DNA from: the human T2T-CHM13v2.0 reference genome, Homo sapiens
Length of the DNA: 64,000 nt
Strand: one strand, 5' to 3'
NCBI RefSeq assembly: GCF_009914755.1
Contig: NC_060934.1
This document shows, one piece after another, positions 30,308 through 53,054 of this stretch. The position numbers and the translations under genes are program-made. Under the pieces are notes generated by a model. It did not search any database, was not told where the DNA came from, and worked only from the letters and a program-made list of their open reading frames with translations. Within the stretch, counting starts at the first letter, position 1. Every line of letters starts with the position of its first letter.

Positions 30308-30601
<294 letters not shown>

Positions 30602-31069
30602 CTAGACAGAAGTAAATTTTCCATAGCTTGGCTGGGCATGGTGGCTCACACCTTAATCTTAGCAATTTGGGAGGCCAAGACGGGAGGATTGCTTGAGCCT
30701 AGGAGTTTTAGACCAGCCTGGGCAACCATAGCAAGACCTCATGTCAACTTTTTAAAATAAAAGAATAAATTTTTTAAAAAAATATATATCTCCTTCAGCT
30801 CTTATAGGGGAAAGAACATGGGTTTTGTTTTCAGGAAGACCTGGGTTTAAATCCCAACTTCACTAGTCACTATTTGAAGGATCTGGAGAAATTGTTTACT
30901 CTCTTTGAAGTTCAGTTTCCCTCTCAGGGGAGCAGAGATGATAAAATCTTCATCACAAGGTTGTCACAAGGATTACATGCAATAACATACGTAAAACTCT
31001 AATCTGGCATTTAAGAGATGTGATTTCCTTTTCCCATACTGGTATGCCCTCTTTTTTTTTTTCTCTTCG

Positions 31070-31537
31070 TGTATCAGTCAGAGTCCTGCTAGAAAAAAGA
31101 TTGCAGAGCTGTAACATGTAGAACCAGGACCGTTTTCAAAGTTGTAGATGTTTATGGGATGGCGATGTTCCCAGAGGCTTGCAGTAACAGGGAGCCATTC
31201 TCACCTGAGCAGTAGGGATGGGACCCATCATCAGAATCTGGGGAGAGAACTGTGGCCAGGGGAGAGGGAGGGCCCCTGACAAAAGCTTTGGTAAAGGCAT
31301 ACCATTATTGCTAAAACCATGGCCTGTTGGGGAAGGAGCCAGGGAAATCCAGGCCGCAGGCTCTCTCTCCTCCTACATCAACAGCTGCTGCTACCTCCAT
31401 CAGCCTAACCCAGCTCGAGGCCAGGGGGAGAGGTGACCTAAGTGATGTGGTCTGTAGAAGTCGTCCTCCCAGGGCACAGAGCAGGGTGGGGAGGAGTAGA
31501 ATGGATCTAAAAAAACAGTCCAAGACTATCCAGCACA
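31070..31537 (-). mobile_element. ERVL LTR33-like LTR
   Basis: Minus strand begins TGTGCTGGATAGTCTT...AGATCCATTCTACTCC...CCCTGCTCTGTGCCCTGGGAGG, similar to the recalled LTR33 start. Confidence 0.55.
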
Positions 31538-32129
31538 CATGGATGAAAACCTTAATGCAAAAGGCAAAAGCAGGTCATGGAAGTACAGTTAACTGAAAGG
31601 GATTTTGTGAGGATTTGGAGTTTTCCTGTGATGACTCAGAGTAATTCCAGGGAGTACATGTATAAATAACGCGCATCTTGCACCAGTCTGGCTTTGGGAT
31701 GCAGAGAGCACACAATGAAAACTGCTCTACAAGGGCCAGCCTTGCTGTAGCTTCACACTCCTCCACACTTTAGAAAACCTGCAGGTGACGGGCAGGGTGG
31801 ATGAGTCTGATGTTTCCTTCTGCACCCCATGTCCACCAGAAGTGGCTCCTCCAGGCTCTGCAGGCTGAGTCCATAGACTCCCGGAGAGTTGGTACTTCGC
31901 TTACTGAGGCCCCACGTCACAGGGGTGGGCCAAGGTCAGTGAAACCCTGCACATGTTCAAAGAAGCTATTTCCACTTATCACCACCATGGGGGAGAAACA
32001 GGAATGTTTCCCCTACTGTGAAATGAGTAATGAATGGACGAATAAATATTTCCAAATAGCATACTCTTCATGTAAACCTACCTTGCTAAAATAGCTGAAA
32101 AAGTTTAAAACACATACACACATTTCTTT

Positions 32130-35250
<3,121 letters not shown>

Positions 35251-35644
35251 GGACACGTACACTTCTTGAGTGCTTTCCATGTGCCAAGCATTTCTAAATG
35301 CTCTGTATATATTATTTCCTTAATTGCACATAACTCTGAAATAGGCTCTATTATACCTCTTTTTTTCAGATGAGAAAACTATTGCACAGAGAGGTATGTT
35401 CTCCCTATAAATGAGATGATGTCTGTGTGTGGATTTTATTTTTACATATGGCATGTTGGTTTTATTAAAATAATGATTTATTTAGTTAATTAAACTTTAA
35501 TTTTAAACAAACCAACTTTGTAGCATTATCACCCCATGTTGTGAATTTAGATCACACAATCACTTATTAGATGATAGACTGCTGCAGTACAATGCTAAAG
35601 GTCATGATTACTACATATCCTACTTAGAACACAACTGTTTGGAT

Positions 35645-37339
<1,695 letters not shown>

Positions 37340-39724
37340 GCGGTAGCAGGAAAGGCCAGCTTGGTATCCTGTGCTGAGCAACCAGACCTGGCCCCACTCA
37401 GGGCAAGCATCGGGTGCTCTCCCACCACTAAGGCCAACAGCAGCTGCTTCCAAGTCTGATGCTATCAGGCAACACTCTCAACATCTTCCTCGCTCAGGTG
37501 TCCAAAGGGCCCTGGCCAGCCGGACACTGGGCTCAGTGTGCCCGGGAGGGAGCAACTGGGCCTGTGGCCTGCACCCCTTGGTCAGCCCAACTCGGCCACC
37601 CTGAGCAGGACTGAGGGCTGCCCCAAAGCTTCATAATCGGGGTGGTTGCAAATTACATTCTAGGCTGTGTTAGGACTACGTATTGCAAACATTTTTTTTT
37701 CCCTTTTTTTGCAAGGTGGATGGATGAAAAGAGAGAGAGAGAGAGATAAAGGAGCATGGGCAAACATTCATTGTAAAATCCCAGTGGTGGATATAGGTGT
37801 GTTTGTGTTCATTGCACAATCCTTTCCACTCACCTATAGGTTTGAAAATTTCAACAATAAAGGATGGAAGAAAACCAAATAACTAAAGAAGAAAATTATG
37901 CTTAGACATAGACAATCAGAAGTCATGATACATCCTGGGTGACAAGTGACTGATGAGAGGGACAGACCAAGCCCTTGGGCTGCAGGGAGTCAGAGGGGCT
38001 GGTCATCAGGGAAGGCTTCCAGGATGAGGTGCCCTATGAACAGGGCTGTGAAGGACAGGTGGGCTCGGCCCTTCAAGGTGAGGCAGGGCTTGCAGGGTGC
38101 CTACACCCCACCTGGTCCCACCTCTGCACAGGGCGCCCAGAACAGGAAGTGGCTCCTGGAGGGCCTGGGGGTTCTGCTAAGAGCCTCAGACACCTGCCAG
38201 GCTTAGAAGGGAGGCGCCTGCCAAAACCCTCCAGCCATGTGTGGGGGATGGGCTCAGGACTGGCCTGGAGCAGTGAGCCCAGCAGAGGCCTCTGCCAGGC
38301 TGCATATGAGGCCTAGGACTGAACGGGGGAGTCTGGGCTGCGTGCCTCCCTCCCTGGCCTCCTTCCTGGGCTCCCTGGAGCCCTCCTGGTTTCTTGGTGG
38401 CAGCCTGCTGAGAGGGCTTATTCTGTTGCATTTAGGTTCCAGGTTCCTGCCTTGGCCTTTCCCTGCTGTGACTGTCACCCTCCATGTGGGGCAGCTTTGC
38501 CCAAGTCAGCCAACAGCTGACAGGTCAGGGCTGTGACTGCCGGGCCACGTGAGCAGAGGCAGAGGGCTGAGCTGGTGGGCAGAGGGCACCTGTCACCTCA
38601 ACTCAGCTGCCACCAGGGAAGAGTGACGACTCACATCCTCACCTGGGGTTGACAGGACTGCTCAGACGCCACAGCCTGTGCATGTCCAGGGGACATCGTC
38701 AGAGGAGCACAGCTAGCACACTGGCTGCACGGCTGAGCAGCTTTAAACCAGGAGCAGCAGAAAGAGACCCCAAGTGGGAGGGGAGCTCTCTCTACTCCAC
38801 CCCCATCCTCAGCTCTGCATCGGGGAGAGGTGAGTGGGGTCAGAGCCCAGGACCAATCATGGAAGTGTCAGCACAGCTCCTGTTTCTGGGACCTACCAGC
38901 TCCCAGCCCTGTGCCAGTCCCTGCACAGCTCAGTGCCCTGGGACTCACGACAGGCCTGACAGCATCCTTTCTGTTCATGGGAGGCACCTCTGGAGCTCGC
39001 TGACATTGGACAATTTGCTCCTGGTCGTGTGCCCATGGAGAGCAGAGCTGACATGGACGGTGTGTCTGTCCTCACAGCCTACTGCCAGGGCACCCTGCAG
39101 TGAGGAACTGGGAGGCCAGAACCCAGCTGCTGCTCTGGGCCAGCAGCACCCAGCCTCGTGCTGTCCCCATGGAGGGAGGACACCCAGGGCTCTCTTCCTC
39201 TCCAGCAGCCGCATTTGCATAAATGCCGGCCATGCGGAGTCCCAGTGCGCACAGGTGGAGATCAGGACAGACAGGGGTCATCACAGAGGACCACACAAGG
39301 CTGTCACCACCCATGCTGGGTACCCAGATGGCAAGAGGTCACCCTTAATTCCAGACAGTAGGGACAGATGCTGAGATTGATCTTGTGGGACTGAGGTGAG
39401 CCGAGGGTGTTTGTGTGGACACCTTTGTCGGGCTATGGAGGTTTCCTTCTGCTCCCAGGGTGCTGTGGCATGTTGACGCCCCCACTTCTTGTTCTTCATC
39501 CTCTGAGATAACCGCTTGGTTCCTGTTTCCCGTTTTGTTGATGTGGTAAATTTCACAGCTATTTCACCTTCTGCACCTGCCTGGCCTTCCTGGGAGGAGC
39601 CCTGGCTGCTCCTGCCCTGTGGTCTGGGTTAGCTGCTGCTCCATGCCATTTGCTAGTGTTTTCCTGTGAGCTTCTCACACATGTCTTTTCTTGCTTTAGG
39701 GTTAAACTTATTGTTGTGAGGTAA

Positions 39725-40920
39725 CAACACACTAATTGTACACAAGTACTCACACTGCCACCTCTGCATACTCCCCCCACACCAATAGACACTCACATTC
39801 ACACTCATGTGGGCCACACATCCACACCCACCCACCCATGCACACTGGACCACAAACACACTCAACCCACCCTATACCACACACATCACACCACACACCA
39901 CACACCCGAAGCACACACACCCACACACCACACACATACATAAATAGCAAACACACATACACCAAAAATACCAAAGACACACCAAACATCCCATACACAC
40001 ACCACACACATCACACATGCACCACACACTCCCCACTCCCCCAACACACACCCAGCACACCCCACACACACAACATAAACAGCAAACACATATACATACA
40101 CCATACACACACAGCCATGGCACACACACCCACCACCCACTGAATGCACACACAAACTATACATACATGCCATTACACCATTTCCTTCCCTACATGCCAC
40201 ACGCACAAGATATCCCCATGTAGACACCCACAAATGACACACACAACACGCCCAAACACTCTAGTCCCACTGTACACACACACACCACAGACACACATAA
40301 ATAGTAAACACATATACACCACAAACAGCAAACACACACCACACATCCCATACACACACACCACACACAAGCAGTCCACTCCCGACTCCTCCACACAACA
40401 AACACACACTAGACACCACACACCAGGTACCCTTCCCACACACTTCCACAGCACCCCAGCTTATGCCACACACTCTGCACATAACCCACACACGCATGCA
40501 TATATGCCCCCTACACACACTCACACCCCCACACATATACAGCACATACCTCCTCGGCTCCCACACCACATACACCCACAATACAACACACACAGATGCA
40601 TCACTCATGCACACCCCACACACACCACACTCACAGCACATATACACACCCCACACACAGATCACATACACATTTACACAACACACAGACCACATATTAC
40701 CCTCCCCCACAGACTTCACACACATCAAGCTTCCCACAGCACTTCCCACACATACTACACATACTGCACCCACACAAACTACATACACACATACCACACA
40801 CACCAAACACATACACACCACATACACACACCACACTCACACACTCCCCACACACATCCTCCCCCACACATACCAAACAAATGCACACACTCCATACACA
40901 CATGCACTAGTGCACACCAC
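39725..40920 (+). repeat. CA-rich degenerate simple repeat (~1.2 kb)
   Basis: C/A-dominated plus strand; recurring ACATAAA(T/C)AG(C/T)AAACACA motif near 39937, 40073 and 40294. Confidence 0.9.
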
Positions 40921-40954
40921 CCTTTGGCTACCCCAGGGCCTCCGCAGCTCTCAC

Positions 40955-41015
40955 CTCCTACACACGCAGAGGAAGGCTCCACCGATGTCACATCAAGACA
41001 GGTCTTTGACGTGAG
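40955..41015 (-). pseudogene. ANTXRL-like exon 9
   Basis: cag|...|gtgaga, 61 nt, LTSKTCLDVTSVEPSSACVG. Confidence 0.92.
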
Positions 41016-41074
41016 CTGGAACACAGGAGGGGTGGGGCGGGGCAGGGAGAGTGAGCCAGGCCCCCAGCCCCTCA

Positions 41075-41170
<96 letters not shown>

Positions 41171-41541
41171 CTACAGAGAGCAGAGCTAGCTTGGACCCCC
41201 AGCCCAGGGGTGAGGATGCAGCAGACCCCCAGCCCAGAGGACAGCGTCCTGCTCCCATGCTTTGGGGGCAGCAGAATGCCAGGCTCTGAGGGCCACAGCT
41301 TTCTCCAGCCAGCAGCCCACTCTCAGGGAGTGTCTTCCGCCCTCCCCTCTGGTGTGGTGGGATTTATACGACACGTGTCATTTCTGCAATAGTCATGGGG
41401 TAGCCCAACTCACTTGGGGCAGATTAGATGACCCTTCCCAGGGTGGCCCTGGAAAAGCCACCTGGGATGCCTTTCCCTACTCTAACCCTAACCTGATCAC
41501 AAGGCTCCATATTGGTGCCTGGTTAACCTGTTTGGAATTAC

Positions 41542-41610
41542 TGGGTCTTTCCTATAATCAGCCACACCCAGGGTGTAAATGGTGGCCCCCAGGCTCTAAG
41601 CCCTTTCAGC
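41542..41610 (-). pseudogene. ANTXRL-like exon 7
   Basis: 69 nt, AERA*SLGATIYTLGVADYRKDP|gtaatt; acceptor reads AT; in-frame TAG at 41596-41598. Confidence 0.88.
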
Positions 41611-41687
41611 ATAAGGGAAAGAAGGCATTGAGTATTAATTACCAAAATACATGAAGCAAAATGCTGATAAATATGAACTGAACTCAC

Positions 41688-41767
41688 TTCTTTGAGAGTG
41701 TCCAAAAATGGATGTTTCATCATTGTTCCATTGGTCATTGCAATAATCATGCTGGAAACCTTGTTGT
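41688..41767 (-). pseudogene. ANTXRL-like exon 6
   Basis: cag|...|gtgagt, 80 nt, NKVSSMIIAMTNGTMMKHPFLDTLKE; the MIDAS TDG reads TNG. Confidence 0.9.
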
Positions 41768-41832
41768 CTGCAGGAGAAGCAAGGAGTGGCCTGCTTAGCA
41801 AAGGCCCCAGAAGTGACCTCCAAAAGCTCTTC

Positions 41833-42175
41833 TGTTGGGAGAAGAGCTGAGTGTTGGGAGAAAAGCTGGGGCAGGGCTTGCATGTTTGCTAGACTTGCTG
41901 GCTCCTTGCTTTTAGCACTCCCATTATCTCAAGCAGCTGTATGTTTCTCATTCACTTGATACACTGTTTCCTTTCAACCCCCACATCCTCACGGGTTCTT
42001 TGTTTGAGCACCAATAAACAGCATGGGCTCGCAAAGCTCAGGGCCTTTGCAGCCTCCACACTTGCGGTGGCCCCCTGGTCCCACTGTCTCTCTCAAACTG
42101 TCTTTTTCTCATTCCTTTGACTCCGCCAGACTTTGTCGCTCCCACGATCTGGTGTTGGGTCTGATCACCCCAACA
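41833..42175 (+). mobile_element. Solo HERV-K14 LTR (LTR14A-like), 343 bp
   Basis: TGTTGGGAGAAGAGCTGAGTGTTGGGAG...GATCACCCCAACA termini; AATAAA inside. Confidence 0.85.
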
Positions 42176-43070
42176 CTCCGGGACCCCTGTGGGATGCTGG
42201 GCCTGTAGCACTGATCACTCCAGGGCATGTCCAGGTGCCTCCACCTCATCCTCCAGGGGAGAGGCTGCCAAGAGCCAAGCACCTGCTACCCAGAGACCCC
42301 TAGAGTGAGGGAGGTCTCAGCCCAGCACCCATTTTACAAAGGAGGAGCTGAGAGGGGGAGGCCCCTTCTCATCAGGCTGTCTGAACCCTCACCCGCTAGC
42401 AGCCTGCACTACCTCTGCCTGAGGGCAGCTCCAGCCAGGACTCCACAAGCACAGGCCTGTCGCACAGGCAGGGGGAGGAGCAACTGGGCTCTCCTGTGGG
42501 CAGAGCCTGTGGGCAGCCCTACCGGCATCTCTGGGACCAGGAATACAGGACTCCGGGTCAGTGGCACCGGGGCGGGAGACCCCACGGCCACCTCAACGCC
42601 TTTCCCCACCAACCCTGCCTTTTCCTGACAAGAGCTGCAGGCACACAGTGGGGAGGGGAGTCAGCGGCTGTGGACAGCCTTCTGCATCATCTGAGACACA
42701 CTCAAGGGATGCAAGTCACTCAGAGGGGAAACGAGGAAGGGAGGAGGAAGACTAAGGTGTGTGCAAGGGGGCAAACTCCTTGGCTCTTCTCTTGTCCTTT
42801 TCACACAGCCCAGCTGGAGGGCAAGCACCTCAGGGTTATGAGCACCAGAACTGCACACGCAGGATCCCACACAGTTCTCAGAACTCCATGGGGCGAGGGC
42901 TTACTATGCTCATTGCACCAGGGAGGGACCTGGAGCTCAGAGCAGGTGAGCAACTTGCTCCAAGAGGCAGGGCAGGTGTGGCCTTGCAGAGTCTGCACAC
43001 AGAGCTCTCTGAGGCTCACGCCCAGCTCTGTTCCCCCTACAGGACCACCAGGGGGACAGCAGGTGCTTAA

Positions 43071-43104
43071 ACCTGGAGTTGAAATTTTCTAACTGCCGAA
43101 TTGC
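43071..43104 (-). pseudogene. ANTXRL-like exon 5
   Basis: cag|AIRQLENFNSR; 34 nt followed by TTAAGC instead of a GT donor. Confidence 0.8.
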
Positions 43105-43198
43105 CTGCAAGAAAATGAAGAAATATCTAGCCTGGACAGTGAAATGTTCCCACTGATGCTCTAAGACCTTGTCAACTAGAATCGATTCTTGGAGCTCA

Positions 43199-43345
<147 letters not shown>

Positions 43346-43563
43346 TTAGCTCCCAAGCTCTCTGGGTGCCACTGTTAACTGTGCAAGGCCTCCTGGATGG
43401 AGGAGGAGGCCAAGCAAGGGCTCTGCCCTGCTCATTCCTCACTGTGACATTGACCATAGACTTCAGGCCTTGTGATCTCATCCCAGTTCCAGGGAATGCA
43501 GGCCTGGGGAATCTCACCAGGGCCCCACTTAGACCATCTCTGGTGACAGTGGGAGCTTCCGAT

Positions 43564-43822
43564 GGATGAGCAACTGTGAGTCAGCAACTGCAATGGGGCC
43601 GACATTCCTAACCCTAACCCTAAGCCAGAACCAGGAATGGGCAACTGAGAGTCAGCGACTGACAATGGGGTTGACATTCCTAACTCTAACTCTAACTCTA
43701 ATCTTCATGCTAACCCTAACCCTGAACCGGGGATGGGCAACTGAGAGTCTGCCACTGACAATGGGGTTGACATTCCTAACTCTAACTCTAACTCTAACTC
43801 TAACCCAAACCGTAACCCTAAC
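43564..43822 (+). repeat. Compound minisatellite: 3 units of a ~45-bp core followed by (CTAACC/CTAACT)n telomere-like hexamers
   Basis: Cores ATG(A/G)GCAACTG.GAGTC.GC.ACTG.CAATGGGG..GACATTC start near 43564, 43635 and 43731, each followed by a CTAAC(C/T) run. Confidence 0.9.
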
Positions 43823-45291
43823 AAGGGTTCTCTTGTGTTGGACACTCGATCCTTTAACAGGTAGGGCTGCATTTGGGAAAAGTCATCCTGCTAAGCCCCC
43901 AACCCTACACCCAGCCCCCATGGCCCTAGACTCCTGAACCTGATTCAGTTTCCTCCTCTCTCTTTACCCTGCTACAGGAAATACCAAATCTGCTTAATTA
44001 GACTGCCTGGCCTCTTTGACTTCCTGTGCCCTTGAAACAAAAAGACCAAAGGCTGGAGAGGCAGCCCTGATGGCTGTGCATGCACGGTCTGAACACTGAT
44101 CTGCAGACTGGCTGGGGGATATAGCCTGTCAGCTGCTGTTAAAACAGACAAAATGGGCTGGGGCAGCCAGAACTGGCTCTGGTGGCAGGACTGGGACAGG
44201 CTGGGGACTTAGTGTCAGGCTAATCCAATGTGACAGGCTGAGCCTGCACAGCAAGGCTGGGCAGAGCATGGACCCTGAAGGCTGGCTTCCCACTGCGGGC
44301 AGAGAGTCCCTGCCATGGCCGGAGCTCTGAGAGCCCTGCCTGCCCAGCTCAGGAGGGGAGGAGGCCAGGCCCATCCATACCCAGAAGAGGCCATGCCCAA
44401 ACCCGGCTCCCCGTCTGGGTCACCCGCCACAGTCCTCCCCCATAGACTTGCTTTTTACCACCTCACACCCACTCCAGTCTCTCTGCCAAACCCACAGCGC
44501 AGGACACACAGATCCAAGCCTCCCTCTAGCTCAAGATGCGGCAGCCCACCCTGTATCCCCTTGAAGCTGCAAGTGGGGTCCAGGCCCCCATCCAGTACTC
44601 AGTGTCCTCACCTCTCTCCTGCGCTTCAACTTCTGTGGGCCCAGTTCTGGGCATGTGCATTGGAAGCGCTCTCACCTCCCGCCAAAGAGGAACTCTGCAA
44701 TGTACCCTGCTGGGCCTGGGCACCTCTCTAGGCCACCTCAAGCCACCTGAGCTTGCTCCTCCTACCTCCCTCCAGTTTCCCAGCCTGGCCTGGAGCTCAG
44801 AACCCCATCCAGGGACTCCCGTCTGGGCCTGCCAGCATCCCTGCGCTAAAGTCGCACGACTCTCACCACCGGCTCTGACACTGTCTCCCTCCTGCACTGG
44901 TCAGGGCAGGGGGAACAGGCACAGAGCAGCAGCCAGCAAAGGTGTGTGTTCAAAGGACACACACCCCCGCCCTGCCAGCCCCTGCACCCCGGGAATCCTC
45001 ACAGCCACCTCCCAGGGAAGGAGGCAGGGCAGAGAGAGGGCAGGGGAGTGTGAAGTAGGGAGGCTGAGAACTTCTGGAGCACAGGGGCCTGCAGGTAACC
45101 TTGCAGCCATGGGTAGGAGGATGCAGGGGAGCCGGGGCTAAGGTCAGGGTGGGTACTGTGAGTTGCCCTGACCGGCCTGCCCTGTGTGCTGTCAGGCTCC
45201 CAGCCAAGGTCTCTGGGAGCCCCTCAGCTCCCTGGAGGTCCCTCTGGCTCAGTTCATCAGGCCTCCCTTTAGGGCTCAAAGCAGCACTCAC

Positions 45292-45364
45292 TTGTCTGAG
45301 GTGAGCCGGCAAGACGGTGTTGCTGTCCGTGGAGTAGGTGACGAAGGACATCCGCTTATTTGGG
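45292..45364 (-). pseudogene. ANTXRL-like exon 3
   Basis: cag|C CCA AAT...GAC AA|gtgagt; PNKRMSFVTYSTDSNTVLP[+1 G]LTSDK; 73 nt, so frameshifted. Confidence 0.9.
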
Positions 45365-45837
45365 CTGAGACAGAATCAAGTACTGGTGAAAAGCCGGAGG
45401 CACCAGCTCAGAAGCCAGGGTGAGTGATGCCAATTCCCCACCTCCCACCCCAACTCTGTTATGAATTCCCTATTGTGATTGACAGGAAGGCTGACATGGT
45501 GACTTTGCGAACTGCAGCTCTTCCCAATGTCCTGCATGTTGACAACACCGGGGGAGGCACAGGACCTGTGGAGGGGCTACAAGAGGAAGCCTCCATTTCC
45601 CTTATAACAGCCCTCACAGGGTCCCTTAAAACCACTAGACCCTGCCATTTGTTCACTGGAAGAGTTAGCCCAGGTGACTTAGGTGAGGACATTGCTGTGG
45701 ATGAGGAGGTCAAGGACTGGGAGGCCAGAGTGTTGGCAATGGGAGGTTATTTGTGTGACACTGAAGTCCCCCAGGAGATGGCAGATCTGAAAGGAGATGG
45801 AAACTGTGGTGTTGCCAGAGTCTTTGTGAATGAGGGA

Positions 45838-46372
45838 CATTCCGGTTCTCTACTGCTGTGTAACAGACCACCTACATTTAGAGACACAGAACAGGCCCAT
45901 TTTATTACGCTCACAGGTTCTGAGGATGAGGCACTCAGGGCGAGTTAGGAGGGCTCCTCATGTCTGGGGCCCCATGACTTGAAGGATTGGGCACTGGAAT
46001 TATCTGGAGGCTGCTCCACTCACAAGTGTGGCTCCTGGGCAGGAGGGCCCAAAAGCTGGGCTCAGCTGGGACTGTGAATGGCGACCCTGCATGTAGCCTC
46101 CTCGTATGACCTGGGCTTCCTCCCAGCATGGCAGCTTCAGGGTGCTTGGGTTTTTACAGGTGGCCCAGAGCTCCAAGAGTGAGTATTTCCAGTGAGCAAG
46201 GTAGAAATTGTAGAGCCTTTTATGATATCACCTTGGAAGTCACATAGTGTCACTTCCACTGTACTCTATTGGTCCAAGCAGTCACAGCTGCCAAAAGTCA
46301 ATGGGAGAGAACACAGGCCCCCTCTCTAGGGCAGGAGTGTGGATGAGTTCATATCCCAGTGTCAAAACTGCT
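45838..46372 (-). mobile_element. MLT1-type MaLR LTR
   Basis: CTACTGCTGTGTAACAGACCACC...CTCACAGGTTCTG...GAAGTCACATAGTGTCACTTCCACTGTACTCTATTGG. Confidence 0.75.
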
Positions 46373-46591
46373 GTATGACCAACGCTTTGAATGGCAGAGA
46401 TGTGTGGAAAAATGTGGGCACTGATGATGGGATTCAAGTTGGACTCAGGAAAGTTAGACTGTGATAGTTAGAAATACCTTAATTTTATTTTCTTCATTTT
46501 TGTATGCAGAAGTGATATATGATTAAAAATCTTTCTTCAATAAGTCTAAAATAGATCTTTCAACATATTTAACAGAAAAATTACAAGTGAT

Positions 46592-51990
<5,399 letters not shown>

Positions 51991-52022
51991 TCTTCCATAA
52001 AAGAAAAGTTTTGCTTCAGGAC

Positions 52023-52538
52023 TGTCAGAGGCAGTCAAACCAGAGCGACTCCATTTTGAGTGAGGGCTAGGAAAGTGAGGAGGGGACTTGCTGGGCTGCG
52101 TTCTCAGAAAGCTAGGCATTCCTCGCCTCTAGATGTTCACAGTTAAGGGAACAAATTAATAATGTTTACTAAACAGACCCAGACTTGGGAGTGTCCAGAT
52201 ATCAAGATATCTGGAGAACAAAGGCATTCCTAATTTTGCTTTAAAGATAATATTGATGCTTGCAAAATACAGTAATTAAGAAAATGAATCCTTTATCACA
52301 AACTCTTTTGCAGAGCACATCTCCCCATCTACACAAGCGTTGTACCTAGGATGGGGGCTTTACTCCTCTTACTTTCGGGAACGTCCCACTCTGTCTATGG
52401 AGTAGCTGCACTCTGACCACTTGACTTTCTTAATAAACTTGCTTTTGCTTTGCACTGCAGACTCGCCCTGAATTATTTCTTGCGTGAGATCCAAGAACCC
52501 TCTCTTGGGGTTTAGATGGGGACCTCTTTCCTGTAACA
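52023..52538 (+). mobile_element. Solo MER41(A-like) ERV1 LTR
   Basis: TGTCAGAGGC...AACCAGAGCGACTCCATTTTG...GAGATCCAAGAACCCTCTCTTGGGG...TGTAACA; perfect 4-bp TSD GGAC at 52019-52022 and 52539-52542. Confidence 0.9.
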
Positions 52539-53054
52539 GGACCATCTCTAAGGTTTGATGTATGTTCTGAACCCAGCTTCCCCTCCTCAGACTTATGTTT
52601 GTCCTTGAGGATCTCATCTTTGCAACAGACCCTCCAAAGCCTTGGAGAGAAACTCAGCGCTTCCTCACGGTATCTCCGCGCACCCACTCACCCCTACCAC
52701 GTCAGAACACCCACTGAGTGACGGAATTAATCAATGAGGGAGCAGGGACTCAGGGTGGTTTTCCTTTCAGTACTTGAAGAATTCTCCCTTCTCCAAACGA
52801 AGCTGCTTTGCACCCTACGCTCAAGCAATGTGACCCATGCACACTTGCCTGCAACAGCACCAAGAACTGCAATTACCTGAGACTCTATCCCATCTACCCT
52901 CACTCCCCCACTGCAGGGGAAAGCCCAGGTCCTCCGAGTCCCAGCGCAGTCTCCACCCACCCCACAGTCATTCCGTCCAGACCACGGCCCTTCTGCCCTG
53001 GCCCCCTCCCACCCTCCAGGGGCAGTTAAGCCCCCGGACACCTCTGTGTTGTAA

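Noticed and set aside
38649-39374. 241-aa ORF and overlapping ORFs in the GC-rich block
   Set aside because: No domain or exon pattern recognised; GC-rich DNA yields long ORFs; I could not match them to ANTXRL exons 10 onward.
43564-43822. CRISPR-like repeat-spacer appearance
   Set aside because: Eukaryotic DNA; the spacers are telomere-like hexamers rather than unique sequences, and there are no cas genes.
45424-45948. 174-aa plus-strand ORF
   Set aside because: No recognisable homology, antisense to the ANTXRL-like relic, and its 3' end runs into an MLT1 LTR; likely chance.
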